64,000 bases of DNA, taken from NCBI GenBank assembly GCA_963663965.2, contig CAXXFK010000037.1, forward strand, positions 1 through 64,000, in the 5' to 3' direction. Position numbers and translations under genes: made by a program. This DNA comes from Sedimentisphaerales bacterium. Its GTDB lineage: Bacteria > Planctomycetota > Phycisphaerae > Sedimentisphaerales > SM23-30. Shown here piece after piece: positions 10,710 through 22,300 of this stretch (positions are counted from its first letter, which is position 1; every line of letters begins with the position of its first letter). The notes below the pieces were generated by a model. The model was not told the origin of the DNA. It saw nothing but the letters and a program-made list of their open reading frames with translations, and did not search any database.

Positions 10710-13700
10710 TTATTGCTCCAAATCGATCAGATCGCCGGCGCGCAGATAGACCGGCCCCAGCAAACCGGATGGCAGCAATTTGTCATATTGGGTCCAGTGT
10801 TTCCAGGTGGTAAAGGTAAAGCGGCCGGCACTGGGGCGCTTCTGCCCTTTGAGGAACCATTCAGGCCACTCTTTCAACGGCTTGCCGGACCATTCGCAAT
10901 CGTCGGGCAGTTGTTCATCGCCGATGATACGATTCACCCAGAGGTTGGTAACGCGAATTTCCAGATCGTTGTCACCGGCGCGCGCGGCATCGGTAATATC
11001 CACACGATAGGGATTGCACCAGAGCACGCCCAGGTTCTGGCCGTTGACAATGACTTCGGCCAGACAACAGACCTGGCCCAGGTCCAGCCAGATCCGGTCG
11101 GCGGCCTGTTTGAAATTATCGGGAATCGCCATCTGGCTACGATAAGTCGCCGTGCCGGAATAATAGCGAACGCCCGGGTTGTCATGATCGGACCAGCTGA
11201 TCAGTCGCGGCAGCTTGATCCGGTCAGGGGCGCCCCAACCGGGGGTAAAATCAACCGTCCAGGGCTGATCCGCCATAATCAGAGCCGGCAGAGAATCTAC
11301 GGTGACGACCTTTTCCTGACCATCCGATTGGCGCAGGGTATAGCGGCCATTATCCCAGGCCAGCATCTGAGTGCCCTGACGGCGGCCGGTGAGTTCCGGC
11401 AGCCAGTCCGCCAGACGCCATTGCATCGCCGGCAGACGCACTTCGCGGTTTTCGGCTACGACTGTTTCTTCGGCCAGGCCATCCAGCGAATATCGAATAC
11501 GCAGGCGCTTGGGCACCAGATAGGCGGGGTCTTTACCGGCAAATTCATTGGTGGCTTGAATCCTCAACATATTGTCTTTGACTGCCGCGGCCACTTTTTT
11601 CGTTACATCGATGGTCTGAAGTTTGGGCAGCCAGTCTTTGCCTTCGTCAAGTTTGCCGTAACCGGCAATGATAATACGCAAAGGACGACCTGAAGGACTG
11701 CCGGCCGGGGGCAGAACCAGCGTTTTGTTTTCGGTTACCTGGGCCCGGGCCGTTTTGCCGTCGTATTCGTATTCGACATACAAATTCTTGACCACATCCC
11801 GCAAAGGATCGCCGGCCAGACTATTGGAAGCGACGACTTCGAGACGGTTGTTTCGCACCATTTCATTCAGTTTGCCGGTGACATCCACCATGCCATCGCC
11901 GGTACAATCGAAGACACCATAAACCGCTTCGAGAATTTTCAGTTCGTGTTTGGGCCGGGGCAGCAGATCGACAACCGATCTGGGATTGGCCTGTTGGACT
12001 GCGGTATAAGTAACCCGATCGGAACGGGTGGGCCGGCGGAACATGACAAATACCGAACCTTTGGGTCCCAGCGGTAAGGTAACCTGGGTTCCCTGGACGC
12101 TGGCCTGCCACAAACCGGCCGATTTCATCGAGCCGGTTACCGCGTCCCACAATTCCGGACGACGGTCATTGACCCGGAAGAAGACATCCGCCATGATCGA
12201 TTCATCCGCCTGATTGGAGACGAAATAGATATCGGTATTATCCACGATACGATGGATATAAACCAGGTTCGCCTGCGGATTTTTCGCCAGGCAATCCGGC
12301 GCGATCTCCATCCGCTTGAGAACATCCAACGGTTTGAAGCCCCAGTAGACACGGCCATTGCCGAATCTCCGGTCACCATTACGTCCGGCGGCCGAGCCCC
12401 ATACTTCAGAAGCCGCGGCCCGAACAATACGGTCGCAATCGGGATAGTCATTCAAACTGGGAGACATATCCGGGCGCGGCGCCAAAACGGTTGCGCCATC
12501 GCGTACCAGTTGACGCACCTTATTGGCCAGGCGCGGAGTCATATACGGGGTATCGGGCAATACCAACAGGTGATAACGCATGCCGCCGGGCAGCATGATC
12601 CGGCCATCTTCCACTTCAATTTTATCGATCAGATCGGTTCCACAGACATCGAAATCATAACCGGCGTCACGCAAGGCATTGTCCGTTACCGAGCCGTTGG
12701 GGGCGGCTTCGCCGGCAAAGAACAGGACATCCGCGGCGAAACGGCCCTGCTGCAAGAGGTACTGTGAACGGGCAATATAGGTCATCCATGCCTTGCCCGG
12801 CTCCCACCAGGTATTGGTCCGTTCAAAGTTGGTGCCCCACTGCCCCATGGTCATGCCCGGATAAACATCCAGCCAGGGCTGATGGGCGTAACGATGGAAG
12901 ATATAGCGGTTGACGCCGGTACACCAGACCAGATCGCCCTGTCCTTTGAGCGAACCGGGATGATTCAGCCAGCGTCCCTGATCCGGGGCGGAGGTAAACG
13001 ATTCGGCGCCCACCAGGGTCACACCATGGGTATGCGCCACCGAAGCGGCCAGTTTCACCGAATGATTGATACTGCCGCCAACCCAGAACTCGCCCATGAC
13101 GATATCGGCCTTGGCGCCCACGGCCAGGCATTCGAACGGCCCGTCATAAGGTTCGATCGAACAGAGCAGACCGTGCGAGCGGCATTTTTCGGCAAAGTAA
13201 CCAAAATAATTATCGCCGATCAGATCGGCCGTCGTACGACGGTAATCCCAGAGGAACCGTTCTGTGGTGATGCCATCTTCAATCACACGGCCGGTGAGGG
13301 TGGGCAGATAGCGCCAGAGGTCGTAACCGCGGCGTTGAATGAAATCCTCGCGCATTTTGGGTGTCCAGTTGTTGAGCCCGACTTCGTAGCTGTCAACCAG
13401 AATATTGTTAAGGACTTTACCGGCCAGCGGGCCCATCTTATCCAGTACCGGTTGAACGCCGCCATTCCAGTGGACATCGAGCGCGGCCCGGCTGCATTTA
13501 TCACATTCGAGCCCCAAACCGGAATCGGGCGCCGGATGGTTGGTCTTACCGGTAGAGGTATGCCCAATACGCAATACGGTCCACTGACCAGAGGGCGCTT
13601 TCCAGTTGAGCTTACCTGACGCATCCATTTTATCAGAAATATCGATAACGCTTTTCAAAGGAATAATGGCATCGGCCGGAACCTGGTCACGGCTGGGCTG

Positions 13701-14300
13701 CATACCGTATCGGGTATCGAATCCGGCCTTGACCCGTGCGTCTTTGATGCGGAAACTGCTATCTTTGGGAGTGGGAAAAGCCAGCACGACGATATCACGA
13801 TAGTAATCGCGCACGGTCTGAGGTTGAGCCAGCTGGATACCGGCCGGGCTGTCAGATGAGACCTGAGCCTCCGACCATGTGATTTTCTGCATGGAATATT
13901 GCGGCGAAATCCACGGCCCGCCACTGCTGGACCAGCCGGCACAGTTATGAAAACAAAGTTCCAGACCGAGCCGCTCGGCTTCTTTGACGGCATGATGCAC
14001 CAGATCAAGCCATTCCGGACTCAAATAGTTGATCGGACCAATCGGGATATTCACACTGCCGCGGTCGCCCACATTGAATATCTGGGCCCCGCCGACACCT
14101 ACCCGCGCCATCGCCTCCAGGTCGGCGGTGATACCCTCGCGGGTGATATTGCCATTCATCCAGTGCCACCAGGTATGCGGCCGGGCGGAATCCGGCGGCT
14201 GACGAAATCCGCTATCCAACCGGATTTCCTGCGCCGGTAAACAGGAATATAAAGCGAGCATGAACACCAGAATAAAATACCCATTCTTTGACATCTTCAT
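10710..14300 (-). CDS. GH106 family alpha-L-rhamnosidase-like glycoside hydrolase, secreted
   Basis: Signal peptide; FRQPPDSARPHTWWHWMNGNITREGITADLEAM, NCAGWSSSGGPW, LVDSYE, MGEFW, VGAESFT; C-terminal GH2-like sugar-binding domain (VTNLWVNRIIGD..PSGLLGPV). Confidence 0.88.
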   Translation of the reverse strand: MKMSKNGYFILVFMLALYSCLPAQEIRLDSGFRQPPDSARPHTWWHWMNGNITREGITADLEAMARVGVGGAQIFNVGDRGSVNIPIGPINYLSPEWLDLVHHAVKEAERLGLELCFHNCAGWSSSGGPWISPQYSMQKITWSEAQVSSDSPAGIQLAQPQTVRDYYRDIVVLAFPTPKDSSFRIKDARVKAGFDTRYGMQPSRDQVPADAIIPLKSVIDISDKMDASGKLNWKAPSGQWTVLRIGHTSTGKTNHPAPDSGLGLECDKCSRAALDVHWNGGVQPVLDKMGPLAGKVLNNILVDSYEVGLNNWTPKMREDFIQRRGYDLWRYLPTLTGRVIEDGITTERFLWDYRRTTADLIGDNYFGYFAEKCRSHGLLCSIEPYDGPFECLAVGAKADIVMGEFWVGGSINHSVKLAASVAHTHGVTLVGAESFTSAPDQGRWLNHPGSLKGQGDLVWCTGVNRYIFHRYAHQPWLDVYPGMTMGQWGTNFERTNTWWEPGKAWMTYIARSQYLLQQGRFAADVLFFAGEAAPNGSVTDNALRDAGYDFDVCGTDLIDKIEVEDGRIMLPGGMRYHLLVLPDTPYMTPRLANKVRQLVRDGATVLAPRPDMSPSLNDYPDCDRIVRAAASEVWGSAAGRNGDRRFGNGRVYWGFKPLDVLKRMEIAPDCLAKNPQANLVYIHRIVDNTDIYFVSNQADESIMADVFFRVNDRRPELWDAVTGSMKSAGLWQASVQGTQVTLPLGPKGSVFVMFRRPTRSDRVTYTAVQQANPRSVVDLLPRPKHELKILEAVYGVFDCTGDGMVDVTGKLNEMVRNNRLEVVASNSLAGDPLRDVVKNLYVEYEYDGKTARAQVTENKTLVLPPAGSPSGRPLRIIIAGYGKLDEGKDWLPKLQTIDVTKKVAAAVKDNMLRIQATNEFAGKDPAYLVPKRLRIRYSLDGLAEETVVAENREVRLPAMQWRLADWLPELTGRRQGTQMLAWDNGRYTLRQSDGQEKVVTVDSLPALIMADQPWTVDFTPGWGAPDRIKLPRLISWSDHDNPGVRYYSGTATYRSQMAIPDNFKQAADRIWLDLGQVCCLAEVIVNGQNLGVLWCNPYRVDITDAARAGDNDLEIRVTNLWVNRIIGDEQLPDDCEWSGKPLKEWPEWFLKGQKRPSAGRFTFTTWKHWTQYDKLLPSGLLGPVYLRAGDLIDLEQ

Positions 14301-14882
14301 TTTTTAACCTTTCTTTTAACAGCCTTAAATACACCAAACCTGGTCCGCCTATGACCAGGGTTTACTACGTTGTTATTAAGAACTAACGCTTGTTGACTTT
14401 TTACATTACCTTAAAAATCGATAACACTCTATAAAAATGAGCAATGGGTGGAAATAAAAATCAGTGACAATCTTCCTTTATGACAGGATATAGAAACCAT
14501 GGTGATTCGTACAATCTCATGAAGCATATTTTCACCGTAATAAGCACATAAACAAATTGCTAACCTATGCCACATCAGGGCATTATGAACAATTTTAATA
14601 TGCCGTTCAATTTCAGAGCAGAAATACCGTTTTAATAATCTGAAATAAAATATCATTTTTCGTTTCATTTGGCCAGAGAGTTCTAAGTTTGATTGCCCCT
14701 GGTTGGTCTTTGCAGTAAAGCTTTCCGGAAATTTAGCATATATAGTCTGCACTTTTGAAATAAATTTTGCTTCTAAGCTGTTTTGGTCGCAAGAGTGGAT
14801 TAAAAAAACTGTCATTATGACCCTGTTGCTGAATCTAATGCAGGTGAAAAGACCCGTCACATCATGAAATAAGGATTCAAAG

Positions 14883-16682
14883 ATGAAACAAGCATCCCGC
14901 CTGGAACAATCAAAAGGGATCGGTCCTGTTATAATGACAATGATCATTCTGCTAAGTTGTCAGGTCTTGCCGGTTTATGGGGTAACGACGGTCATGGTGC
15001 AGGATTTTGAAAAGGAGGTATCGTCGCCCACAGTATGGGTGGTCAATATTCCCAACGAGAACGCGGCGGTCCGGTTATCAACCAATCCGATTAAGGAGGG
15101 GCAACAATCGCTCCAATTGCATTATCATTTCATCGAGACCGGTAATTTTCAATATCTGGGCATCCCGAACAAAGTTAAAATCCAAGCCCCGGTCCATACC
15201 TTGCGCTACTGGCTTAAAGGGGACAATTCAAAATGTTCCTATGGCGTACAGATTAAAGACGCCGGCGATGAAACGCATCAATACAGCATGAACACCGGGC
15301 AGTGCGGGTTGATCGATTTTGTCGGCTGGCGCGAAGTGGTGGTGAATCTGGACAGCGGCCATGAAACCTGGGGCGGCGACAAAAACGGCAAGCTGGACTA
15401 TCCCATCACCGCAATCACTCTCACCGTCGGCCAGCCCAAGGAAAACGATAAACAACTTGCTATCGAGAGCGATTTGTATTTTGACGCCATCCGGGTCGAT
15501 TCTGAAAAAAGCGTCGAAGAGACCTTAGGTTGTCAGATCTCGGTCGTTTCGCCGGACTATGGCTCGGAGATCAAAGGAGACACCACGGTAACCCTGGCCG
15601 CCGCGGGTTTTAAATCTGTGACGGTGAGATGCTGGAAACAGAGTGAGGCTTTTGGCACCGATTCAACGGTGGCAACCGTTTCACTTGATACCAAAGGCGA
15701 TGGATCGTTTGTCTTCCCGGCTGATGCCTATCCACACGGTCCCATCACCGTGACAATCAGCGGCGAAAATGGCGAGGTCAAAGACAACTGTTATCTTCAA
15801 CTTTACAATAAGGGAGGCGTGTCGTGGCAAGAAGGCATGCCCAAAGATCCGCCGCCGGCGGCGAAAGGTATGGCGCTGGTCTTTGCCGATGACTTTGATG
15901 GGCCACTTTCGATATCGGGCACCGATCCCAACGCCAATTACTATGACCACAAGCCCCCACACGGCTGGCAGGATTTCAGTACGATTCGATTTACCAGCGC
16001 CAATAAGCCCAACAGTCCTTTCCATCAGGTTGATTCTTACCTGCGGATCCGGGCCAGTGACAAGGCAGGCAGCTCCGGTCTGATCTCCTCCATGAAAAAT
16101 GACGCCAGCGGCATTACGGCCTCGGCGCCCTGTTACTTTGAATGCCGTTTCATCGGCCCCAACGCCACCGGGTCGTGGCCGGCGTTCTGGCTGCTTTCCG
16201 ATTACATGACCGATCACCTGAAGGGGAATAAAGTGCCCTGCGACGAATTGGACATCATCGAAGCGTATGGCGGGGAAGGGCCGCGTCAACCCAACGCGTA
16301 TGACAGTTATATGATCTGCCCGCACGCCTGGGACCAGGGCGACACCGGCAAGGCCATCGAGAAGAAGGCGTTCGACAACCTGCACAATCCGATTCGCATG
16401 AAGAAGTTCGGTATCCCCTCAACCTGGTACGAGGCTTTCCATATTTACGGCTGTAAGATCACCTTAACCGATACGATCTACTACTGTGACAATATTGAAG
16501 TGGGACGTCACGCCACGCTGCCAATCTCCAAAGAAAAGCCGTTTTTCTTTTTAATCAACCTGGCAACCGGCGGCGGCTGGCCGGTAGATCTGTCCCGGTA
16601 TGATGGTCAGATCGATATGTATGTCGATTATGTGCGGGTGTATAGCTCGGCTGCAGCGTTTAATACGGGCCGTACCCGATAG
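14883..16682 (+). CDS. Secreted GH16 family glycoside hydrolase with N-terminal carbohydrate-binding-like domain
   Basis: Signal peptide; WPAFWL..CDELDIIEAYG (ExDxxE), LINLATGGGWP, MYVDYVRVY. The N-terminal jelly-roll-like domain ends in LYFDAIRV. Confidence 0.85.
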   Translation: MKQASRLEQSKGIGPVIMTMIILLSCQVLPVYGVTTVMVQDFEKEVSSPTVWVVNIPNENAAVRLSTNPIKEGQQSLQLHYHFIETGNFQYLGIPNKVKIQAPVHTLRYWLKGDNSKCSYGVQIKDAGDETHQYSMNTGQCGLIDFVGWREVVVNLDSGHETWGGDKNGKLDYPITAITLTVGQPKENDKQLAIESDLYFDAIRVDSEKSVEETLGCQISVVSPDYGSEIKGDTTVTLAAAGFKSVTVRCWKQSEAFGTDSTVATVSLDTKGDGSFVFPADAYPHGPITVTISGENGEVKDNCYLQLYNKGGVSWQEGMPKDPPPAAKGMALVFADDFDGPLSISGTDPNANYYDHKPPHGWQDFSTIRFTSANKPNSPFHQVDSYLRIRASDKAGSSGLISSMKNDASGITASAPCYFECRFIGPNATGSWPAFWLLSDYMTDHLKGNKVPCDELDIIEAYGGEGPRQPNAYDSYMICPHAWDQGDTGKAIEKKAFDNLHNPIRMKKFGIPSTWYEAFHIYGCKITLTDTIYYCDNIEVGRHATLPISKEKPFFFLINLATGGGWPVDLSRYDGQIDMYVDYVRVYSSAAAFNTGRTR

Positions 16683-16696
16683 CGGAATAGATACGG

Positions 16697-17746
16697 TTAG
16701 AAACACCGGCCCGTTATTTTACGCTGACAGCCGTTATGGCAGCATTTATAACAGATTTCGTTGGGCAGGGCATCCTGACGGAAAAAGGTGTCGATATTTC
16801 GGATCGTCGTCTCGGCGATGTTCTGAACCGCCTCGCGGGTAAAAAACGCCTGATGGGAGGTCACCAGCACATTGGGCATGGTCAACAGCCGCGCCAGGAC
16901 ATCGTCATCGATCACCGAATCGGAAAAATCTTCAAAGAAATAGTCGGTCTCTTCTTCATAGACATCCAGCCCGGCCGCGCCGACCTTGCCGCTTTTAATC
17001 GCCTCGATCAGGGCCACGGTATCGATCAGCTTGCCCCGGCCGGTATTGATAATCATCACGCCATCCTTCATCTTCGCCAGACTGGCCGCATTAATCAGAT
17101 ACACATTTTGTGGCGTCAGGGGGCAGTGCAGCGAAACGACATCGGAGCGGGCCAGCAGTTCATCCAGCATTACATAGTCGAATCCAATCGAGTCCGCCTG
17201 TTCCGTTATGGGATAAGGGTCATAAGCCAGTACCTTCATTCCCAGCCCACGCAGTATTTTGATCGTCTCCAGGCCAATGACACCAGTTCCCACAATACCG
17301 GCGGTTTTGCCATACAGGTCGAATCCCATCAAGCCATTGATGCGAAAATTATTATCCCGCGTCCGGTAATAGGCTTTGTGGGTTTTGCGGTTCAGGGCCA
17401 TGATCAGCGCCAGGGTGTGTTCCGCGACGGCATGCGGTGAATACGCCGGCACCCGCACCACATGCAGCCGCCCGTAAGCCGCCTGCAAATCCACGTTATT
17501 GTAACCCGCACAGCGCAACGCGATCAGCCGGATACCATTTTCCAGCAGGCCATCGATTGTCGCTCGAGACAGATTATCATTGGTAAACACACAAACAGCG
17601 TCATGCCCCCCCACCAGCGCCAGAGTATCCACACTCAAACGCGGCGTGAGGTATTTGATCTCGATATGGGCCTGTTGGGCCGGGGGATCGAAAAAGGGGG
17701 CTTCGTATCCGTGGGTATCAAAAAATGCGGTCCGAATGGGGATCAT
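16697..17746 (-). CDS. ldhA: D-2-hydroxyacid dehydrogenase (fermentative D-lactate dehydrogenase-like)
   Basis: ALRCAGYNNVDL, RVPAYSPHAVAEH, GIVGTGVIG (NAD binding), INTGRG, GLDVYEEE, TSHQAFFT. Probable start ATG at 17746 with GAGG RBS. Confidence 0.85.
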   Translation of the reverse strand: MIPIRTAFFDTHGYEAPFFDPPAQQAHIEIKYLTPRLSVDTLALVGGHDAVCVFTNDNLSRATIDGLLENGIRLIALRCAGYNNVDLQAAYGRLHVVRVPAYSPHAVAEHTLALIMALNRKTHKAYYRTRDNNFRINGLMGFDLYGKTAGIVGTGVIGLETIKILRGLGMKVLAYDPYPITEQADSIGFDYVMLDELLARSDVVSLHCPLTPQNVYLINAASLAKMKDGVMIINTGRGKLIDTVALIEAIKSGKVGAAGLDVYEEETDYFFEDFSDSVIDDDVLARLLTMPNVLVTSHQAFFTREAVQNIAETTIRNIDTFFRQDALPNEICYKCCHNGCQRKITGRCF

Positions 17747-17852
17747 CGACACCTCGCTATCTTGCCGGGATGATTCATTTCTCCTATAGATAATCATAGC
17801 GTTTCAGACCGCGAAAATCAAATCTCGAAAAAGCTCCAATACACTTGAAAAG

Positions 17853-17906
17853 AAAACAGGAACCGATACCGCCAATCCGCTCAGGCTATCGGTTCCTGCT
17901 GTTTTT
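17853..17906. terminator. Hairpin/terminator after the SGNH gene
   Basis: CAGGAACCGATA ... TATCGGTTCCTG inverted repeat flanked by A/T runs. Confidence 0.6.
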
Positions 17907-17922
17907 AAGAGGTTATTAAATT

Positions 17923-18684
17923 TTAGCCAACTACCTTCAGCCATTCCTGCGCCATCAGATGAGCGCCGGCCATAGTGGGGTGTACACCGTCACCGGCCCA
18001 GTGGCTGGCGGGCGCCTGGGCCAGCGCCTTATCGAACATCGCCTGAAACGGCACAAACCGGGCGTCAAACTCATCCGCCATCTTTTTGGCGGCCGCACGA
18101 TAGCCATCGAATTCCGGGAACCATTTATCGTTCACCGCCCCGCAACGCAGCACAAACGGCTCGCAGATCACCAGCTTGACAGCGGGCAGCGCTTTGACGG
18201 TGCGTTGCAGCAGCGCCCGGTAGTCGTTCTCGTATTTTTCCAGGGTGCCGTTGTAGTTGCCGTTGAGCGTGTGCCAGATATCGTTAACGCCGATCAGGAT
18301 ACTCAACACATCAGGCTTCAGCTCGAGACAGTCTTTATCCCAGCGTTCGGCCAGTTGGTACACCTTGTTACCGCTGATACCGCGATTATAGATTTTCAAA
18401 TTGTCACCGGCCCGATCCGACAAAAGCTCGGTGGCAATGGAATAGACATAACCCTGGCCCATCGCGTTCTTGTCGTTGGGATTGCCCTCTTTTTTTCGAT
18501 CCCGGCCGGCGTCGGTAATGGAATCCCCTTGAAACAGGATCACGCTCTCTTTTTTCAAAACAGACTCCTTTCGTCCGCTACAGGGGCAATGACAGCCCGA
18601 CAGCATCAACGCCGCGCCGCCCAGGGTGGTGGCGGTGGCCGATTTTATAAAATTCCGTCTCGAGGTCGGATCCATATGCTTCAT
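17923..18684 (-). CDS. SGNH/GDSL hydrolase (carbohydrate esterase-like), Tat signal, possible lipoprotein
   Basis: SRRNFIK twin-arginine motif, LSGC lipobox-like motif; FQGDSITD, NRGISG, LIGVND, GDGVHP blocks. Confidence 0.9.
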   Translation of the reverse strand: MKHMDPTSRRNFIKSATATTLGGAALMLSGCHCPCSGRKESVLKKESVILFQGDSITDAGRDRKKEGNPNDKNAMGQGYVYSIATELLSDRAGDNLKIYNRGISGNKVYQLAERWDKDCLELKPDVLSILIGVNDIWHTLNGNYNGTLEKYENDYRALLQRTVKALPAVKLVICEPFVLRCGAVNDKWFPEFDGYRAAAKKMADEFDARFVPFQAMFDKALAQAPASHWAGDGVHPTMAGAHLMAQEWLKVVG

Positions 18685-18965
18685 AAGTCATCTCCAGGTA
18701 GTCAGATATATAGTAACAAAAACCAAAGCCGGCCGAAATGACCCGCCGGCACATGACCATCATACCCCCATTTACCCGCCGGGGCAAGGGATTGTCCGAA
18801 TTGGCGTACCAAGCCCCTAAGGGACCCATTATTAACTCCATGCCACATAAGACTTAATGAGTATATTCAACTCGAGATGCCTTCTACTTAATTTATTATA
18901 CATTTGGCGAAAAAAAGCATGATATAATTATTTGGAAAAATTTACCAATCCCGTATTTACCACGA

Positions 18966-18994
18966 TTGAAAACTACAGGTAAAATTGTTATGAT
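18966..18994 (+). promoter_or_regulatory. Putative sigma70 promoter upstream of the 2,258 aa protein
   Basis: TTGAAA-17 bp-TATGAT with an extended -10 TG. Confidence 0.45.
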
Positions 18995-19163
18995 ATTTAG
19001 TGTTGTTTGTAATGCCGACAGGTCAAAATAAATAATCTGTTCAAAAGGTTTTTTATTTGTATGGAGCCCTTTTATTTAAACTTTGGTAACAGCAGGGGAT
19101 ATCGTCTTGAATCCGTCTCAAAATCCTTTAAAACTGATGCCCGGTGTCTGATCTGTCACAAAT

Positions 19164-19262
19164 TATGCCCATCAGGCATCGAAATGTCCAATTGTTCCCA
19201 AGTTGCGCCTGGCCTCATAAAAGACTTATTTCACGACCAAGTGGGCATTTGCAATTGATAAT
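19164..19262 (+). repeat. Dispersed ~100 bp structured intergenic repeat, copy A
   Basis: Ungapped alignment to 41382-41480 gives 69/99 identities by hand count; shared core AAAAGACTTATTTCAC. Confidence 0.75.
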
Positions 19263-19389
19263 ACTAAATTCATGCAGAAATCATAAGGGCGCGCAATATT
19301 TATTTATATGAATATCATGCTTTCATAGTGTTAAACAAACCATAACGCTATATACGCGTTAGATAACTATTCATTTTGGAGGAAAAGTT

Positions 19390-22300
19390 ATGCTATCCAC
19401 GGTTTCGGTTGTTTTATACAATCTTAAAAGCGTATATCATGGCCTAAAAAAGAACTTCTTCAGGTTGAATGGCAGCCATTCAGGGAGGGCCACCCATTAT
19501 TCCTGTTGCCTTGAACAGTGTGAATCACGGGTCATGCTTTCGGGTACGATGGAGACCTGGGATAGCGCCAAAGCGGGCAAGTATGTTCCAAATGATGATG
19601 ATCCGACCTTTATTTCAGGTGATATGGGTAAATGGGTGGTTGACGATACGGTTTCATCATTTCCGGAATGCGGACCAACTAAAAATTATGCCCAAATCAG
19701 CGGCGGGGTTCTCAAGCTGCATGCCGATGAATCCGATCCGGATGAAGGTTGCGCCGATAATATCTGGGCGGCGCTCTTTAAAGGATTTGACGGTATTCCG
19801 ATCAACGGTTCCAAGGCCATTCCGTTTGATTCACAGACGGTCATCTCCTTCGATGTGGCCGGTGAACTCGAACATCCAGATCGGGGTTGGGTGAGCGCCC
19901 TGTCGTATGATTCCATCTGTCTCAGCCTCGAAACGAAATCGGGGATCGTTCTGGATTATGTCTTTGATCGTCATGAAGACCGCCGCGAAAATTCCGCGGC
20001 GGATTATCATGACCTTGACTTCTGGAGAGAGGTGTTTCTGGATATGGAAGGGGGGAGCTATACCCGGAACCTCTATAACGACTTTGCGACCATCCCAGCC
20101 TTTTCAGATGGATACTTAACGGCCAATGATTTGCTTATCCATTCGATCGGGTTTGAAGTCGGCGATACCGGCTGGGGGACGCTGGACAATTTGCGTATCG
20201 GCGAGACCCTGCCCGGCATCAGCATACACGCATCCGATCCGGATGCGTCCGAAAGCAACCTGGATCCGGGCCGGTTGGTCATCAGCCGGAGCGGATCGAC
20301 GGACAAAGCGGTCAATGTGACATTGAACATCCAGACCGGGGACAGCAATGCGGCGACCGAAGGGATCGATTACCAGACGATTGCCAGATCGGTCCGGATC
20401 CCCGCCGGGCAATCGTCAGTTGCGGTAGATATTCTGCCACTTCAGGACAATCAGGCGGAAGGCGATGAAACGGTGACAGTTAGTATTACCGCTCCCAGCG
20501 GGTATATGCTTTCCGGTCAAGCCGAAGCAACCGTTACAATAGCTGATGATGATTTTCCGGAAGTCAGCGTTACCGCCAGCGATGCGTTTGCCTCGGAAGG
20601 CGGGTATAACACTGGCCAATTCACCATCAAACGCCTGGGTGAAGCCTTAGATTCTCTCGACATATATTATTCATTAGAGGGTACGGCTGAAAAGGAAATA
20701 GATTTTGAATATCTGAGCGGTACTGTTCATTTTGAAATTGGACAAAGAACCTCGGTCGTTGATGTCGTGCCAATAGATGACCAGATTACAGAACCGACTG
20801 AGTTTGTCACACTGACTTTGATCGATGGGGATGGTTACGATATTGGAGCTTCCGGATCCAGCACTGTTTACATCGACGACAACGAAATTAAGATTCTATA
20901 TTATGAAGTTCAAAATTCAATACCCATAGAAGATTCAAGTCATATAGTATGGATAACAGACTTCCCGGAACAAGCAGAACCGATTGCCGACGCCATATCA
21001 CAACCCGGTTTTCTGGTTCATGCGGTTTTTGATTTTCCCCAAGGAGTTAATCCCAATGTTATTTGCAACTATCATATCAGAGGAACCAATCTTCAAGGCC
21101 AGGCAAAAACAACCTATTTAGATAATAATACTTTTCGTATTCCAACACCTTCAACGGTTGGAGAATACGACCTGACTCTGTCATTTTGGACTGATGATCC
21201 TGAAAAAGGGCAATTCATGTTCCAAAAAACCGAACACCTTTTATATCAGATTTTGGATGAACCTGAAACCACTGACAAAACCGTGACAAAAAAAGAATTA
21301 GAGACTGCAACACGATTTGCCGCCGGTGCTACTAGAAAAAACAATTCCCTGAAACCGCCTTACGATGATGCACTGAATAGAATTATGGCCTCTATCGATG
21401 CCGCTAATTGGAAATATGAAACGGTCGCACCCCCACATAATTACATGGGCTTGATAACAGATACTGTTGATTCTGGCGATTGCAATGACTTTTCCTTTGC
21501 CATGAAAAAAATTGGGCAGATTCTTGGGATTGGTGGTTTAAGTACTATCTGCGATAAAGGACGCTACAATAATGGCTTTCTAACATTAAATAACCCCGCG
21601 CTTCCTCTGGAATCACCTGATGAACAAACAGGAAATGCATCAAACTATCTGTATACTAATACCAAATGGGACCGCTGGTATTTCCCTTCTCATACTTTTG
21701 TCGTCTACGGTTCAACATGGTATGACCCAACATTTAATACCTCTTATAATGGAAAAGATGATTGGTGGAATAATATTGACAGCACAATTGAATCACACGA
21801 CAACTGGGAACAGGGTGAACTTTATGCCGTTCAATTTATAAAAGTAGACAAACATGGCCGATTTCAATATCGATTGGGAAATATACCGCCCGAGGCTGAT
21901 TCTGAAAATAAAGTTTCATTGTCAGAACAGGCACAAGTCATCTATAACGATCTTGATAAAAATGGATTATACGAATCGCTGACCATCAATATGACTGTCT
22001 CAGGTTTGGCAGGCGATTACCTCCTTGCCGGACATTTACGCATCGGCCAAGATGTCATATCATTAACCGAAACCATGGGAGCTGAATATCATTCATCAAC
22101 CTATTTCACCTTGGAAGGATCAACATCTACTCAAACAGTATCCATACAATTTAGCGGTGAAAGTATCCGTAAAATTGATATATCGAACCGGGAAGTTATC
22201 GCGGATCTTTATGTTTTAGATGACCTGGGCATTAAGCAAGACAATACTTCAGTAGCAGTAGGCACACTGGATTCAAATTTATTTGGAGAAAACAATGGGT

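Noticed and set aside
14429..14947. 172 aa minus-strand ORF between GH106 and GH16
   Set aside because: Overlaps the GH16 start and an AT-rich divergent promoter region; no motif; probably spurious.
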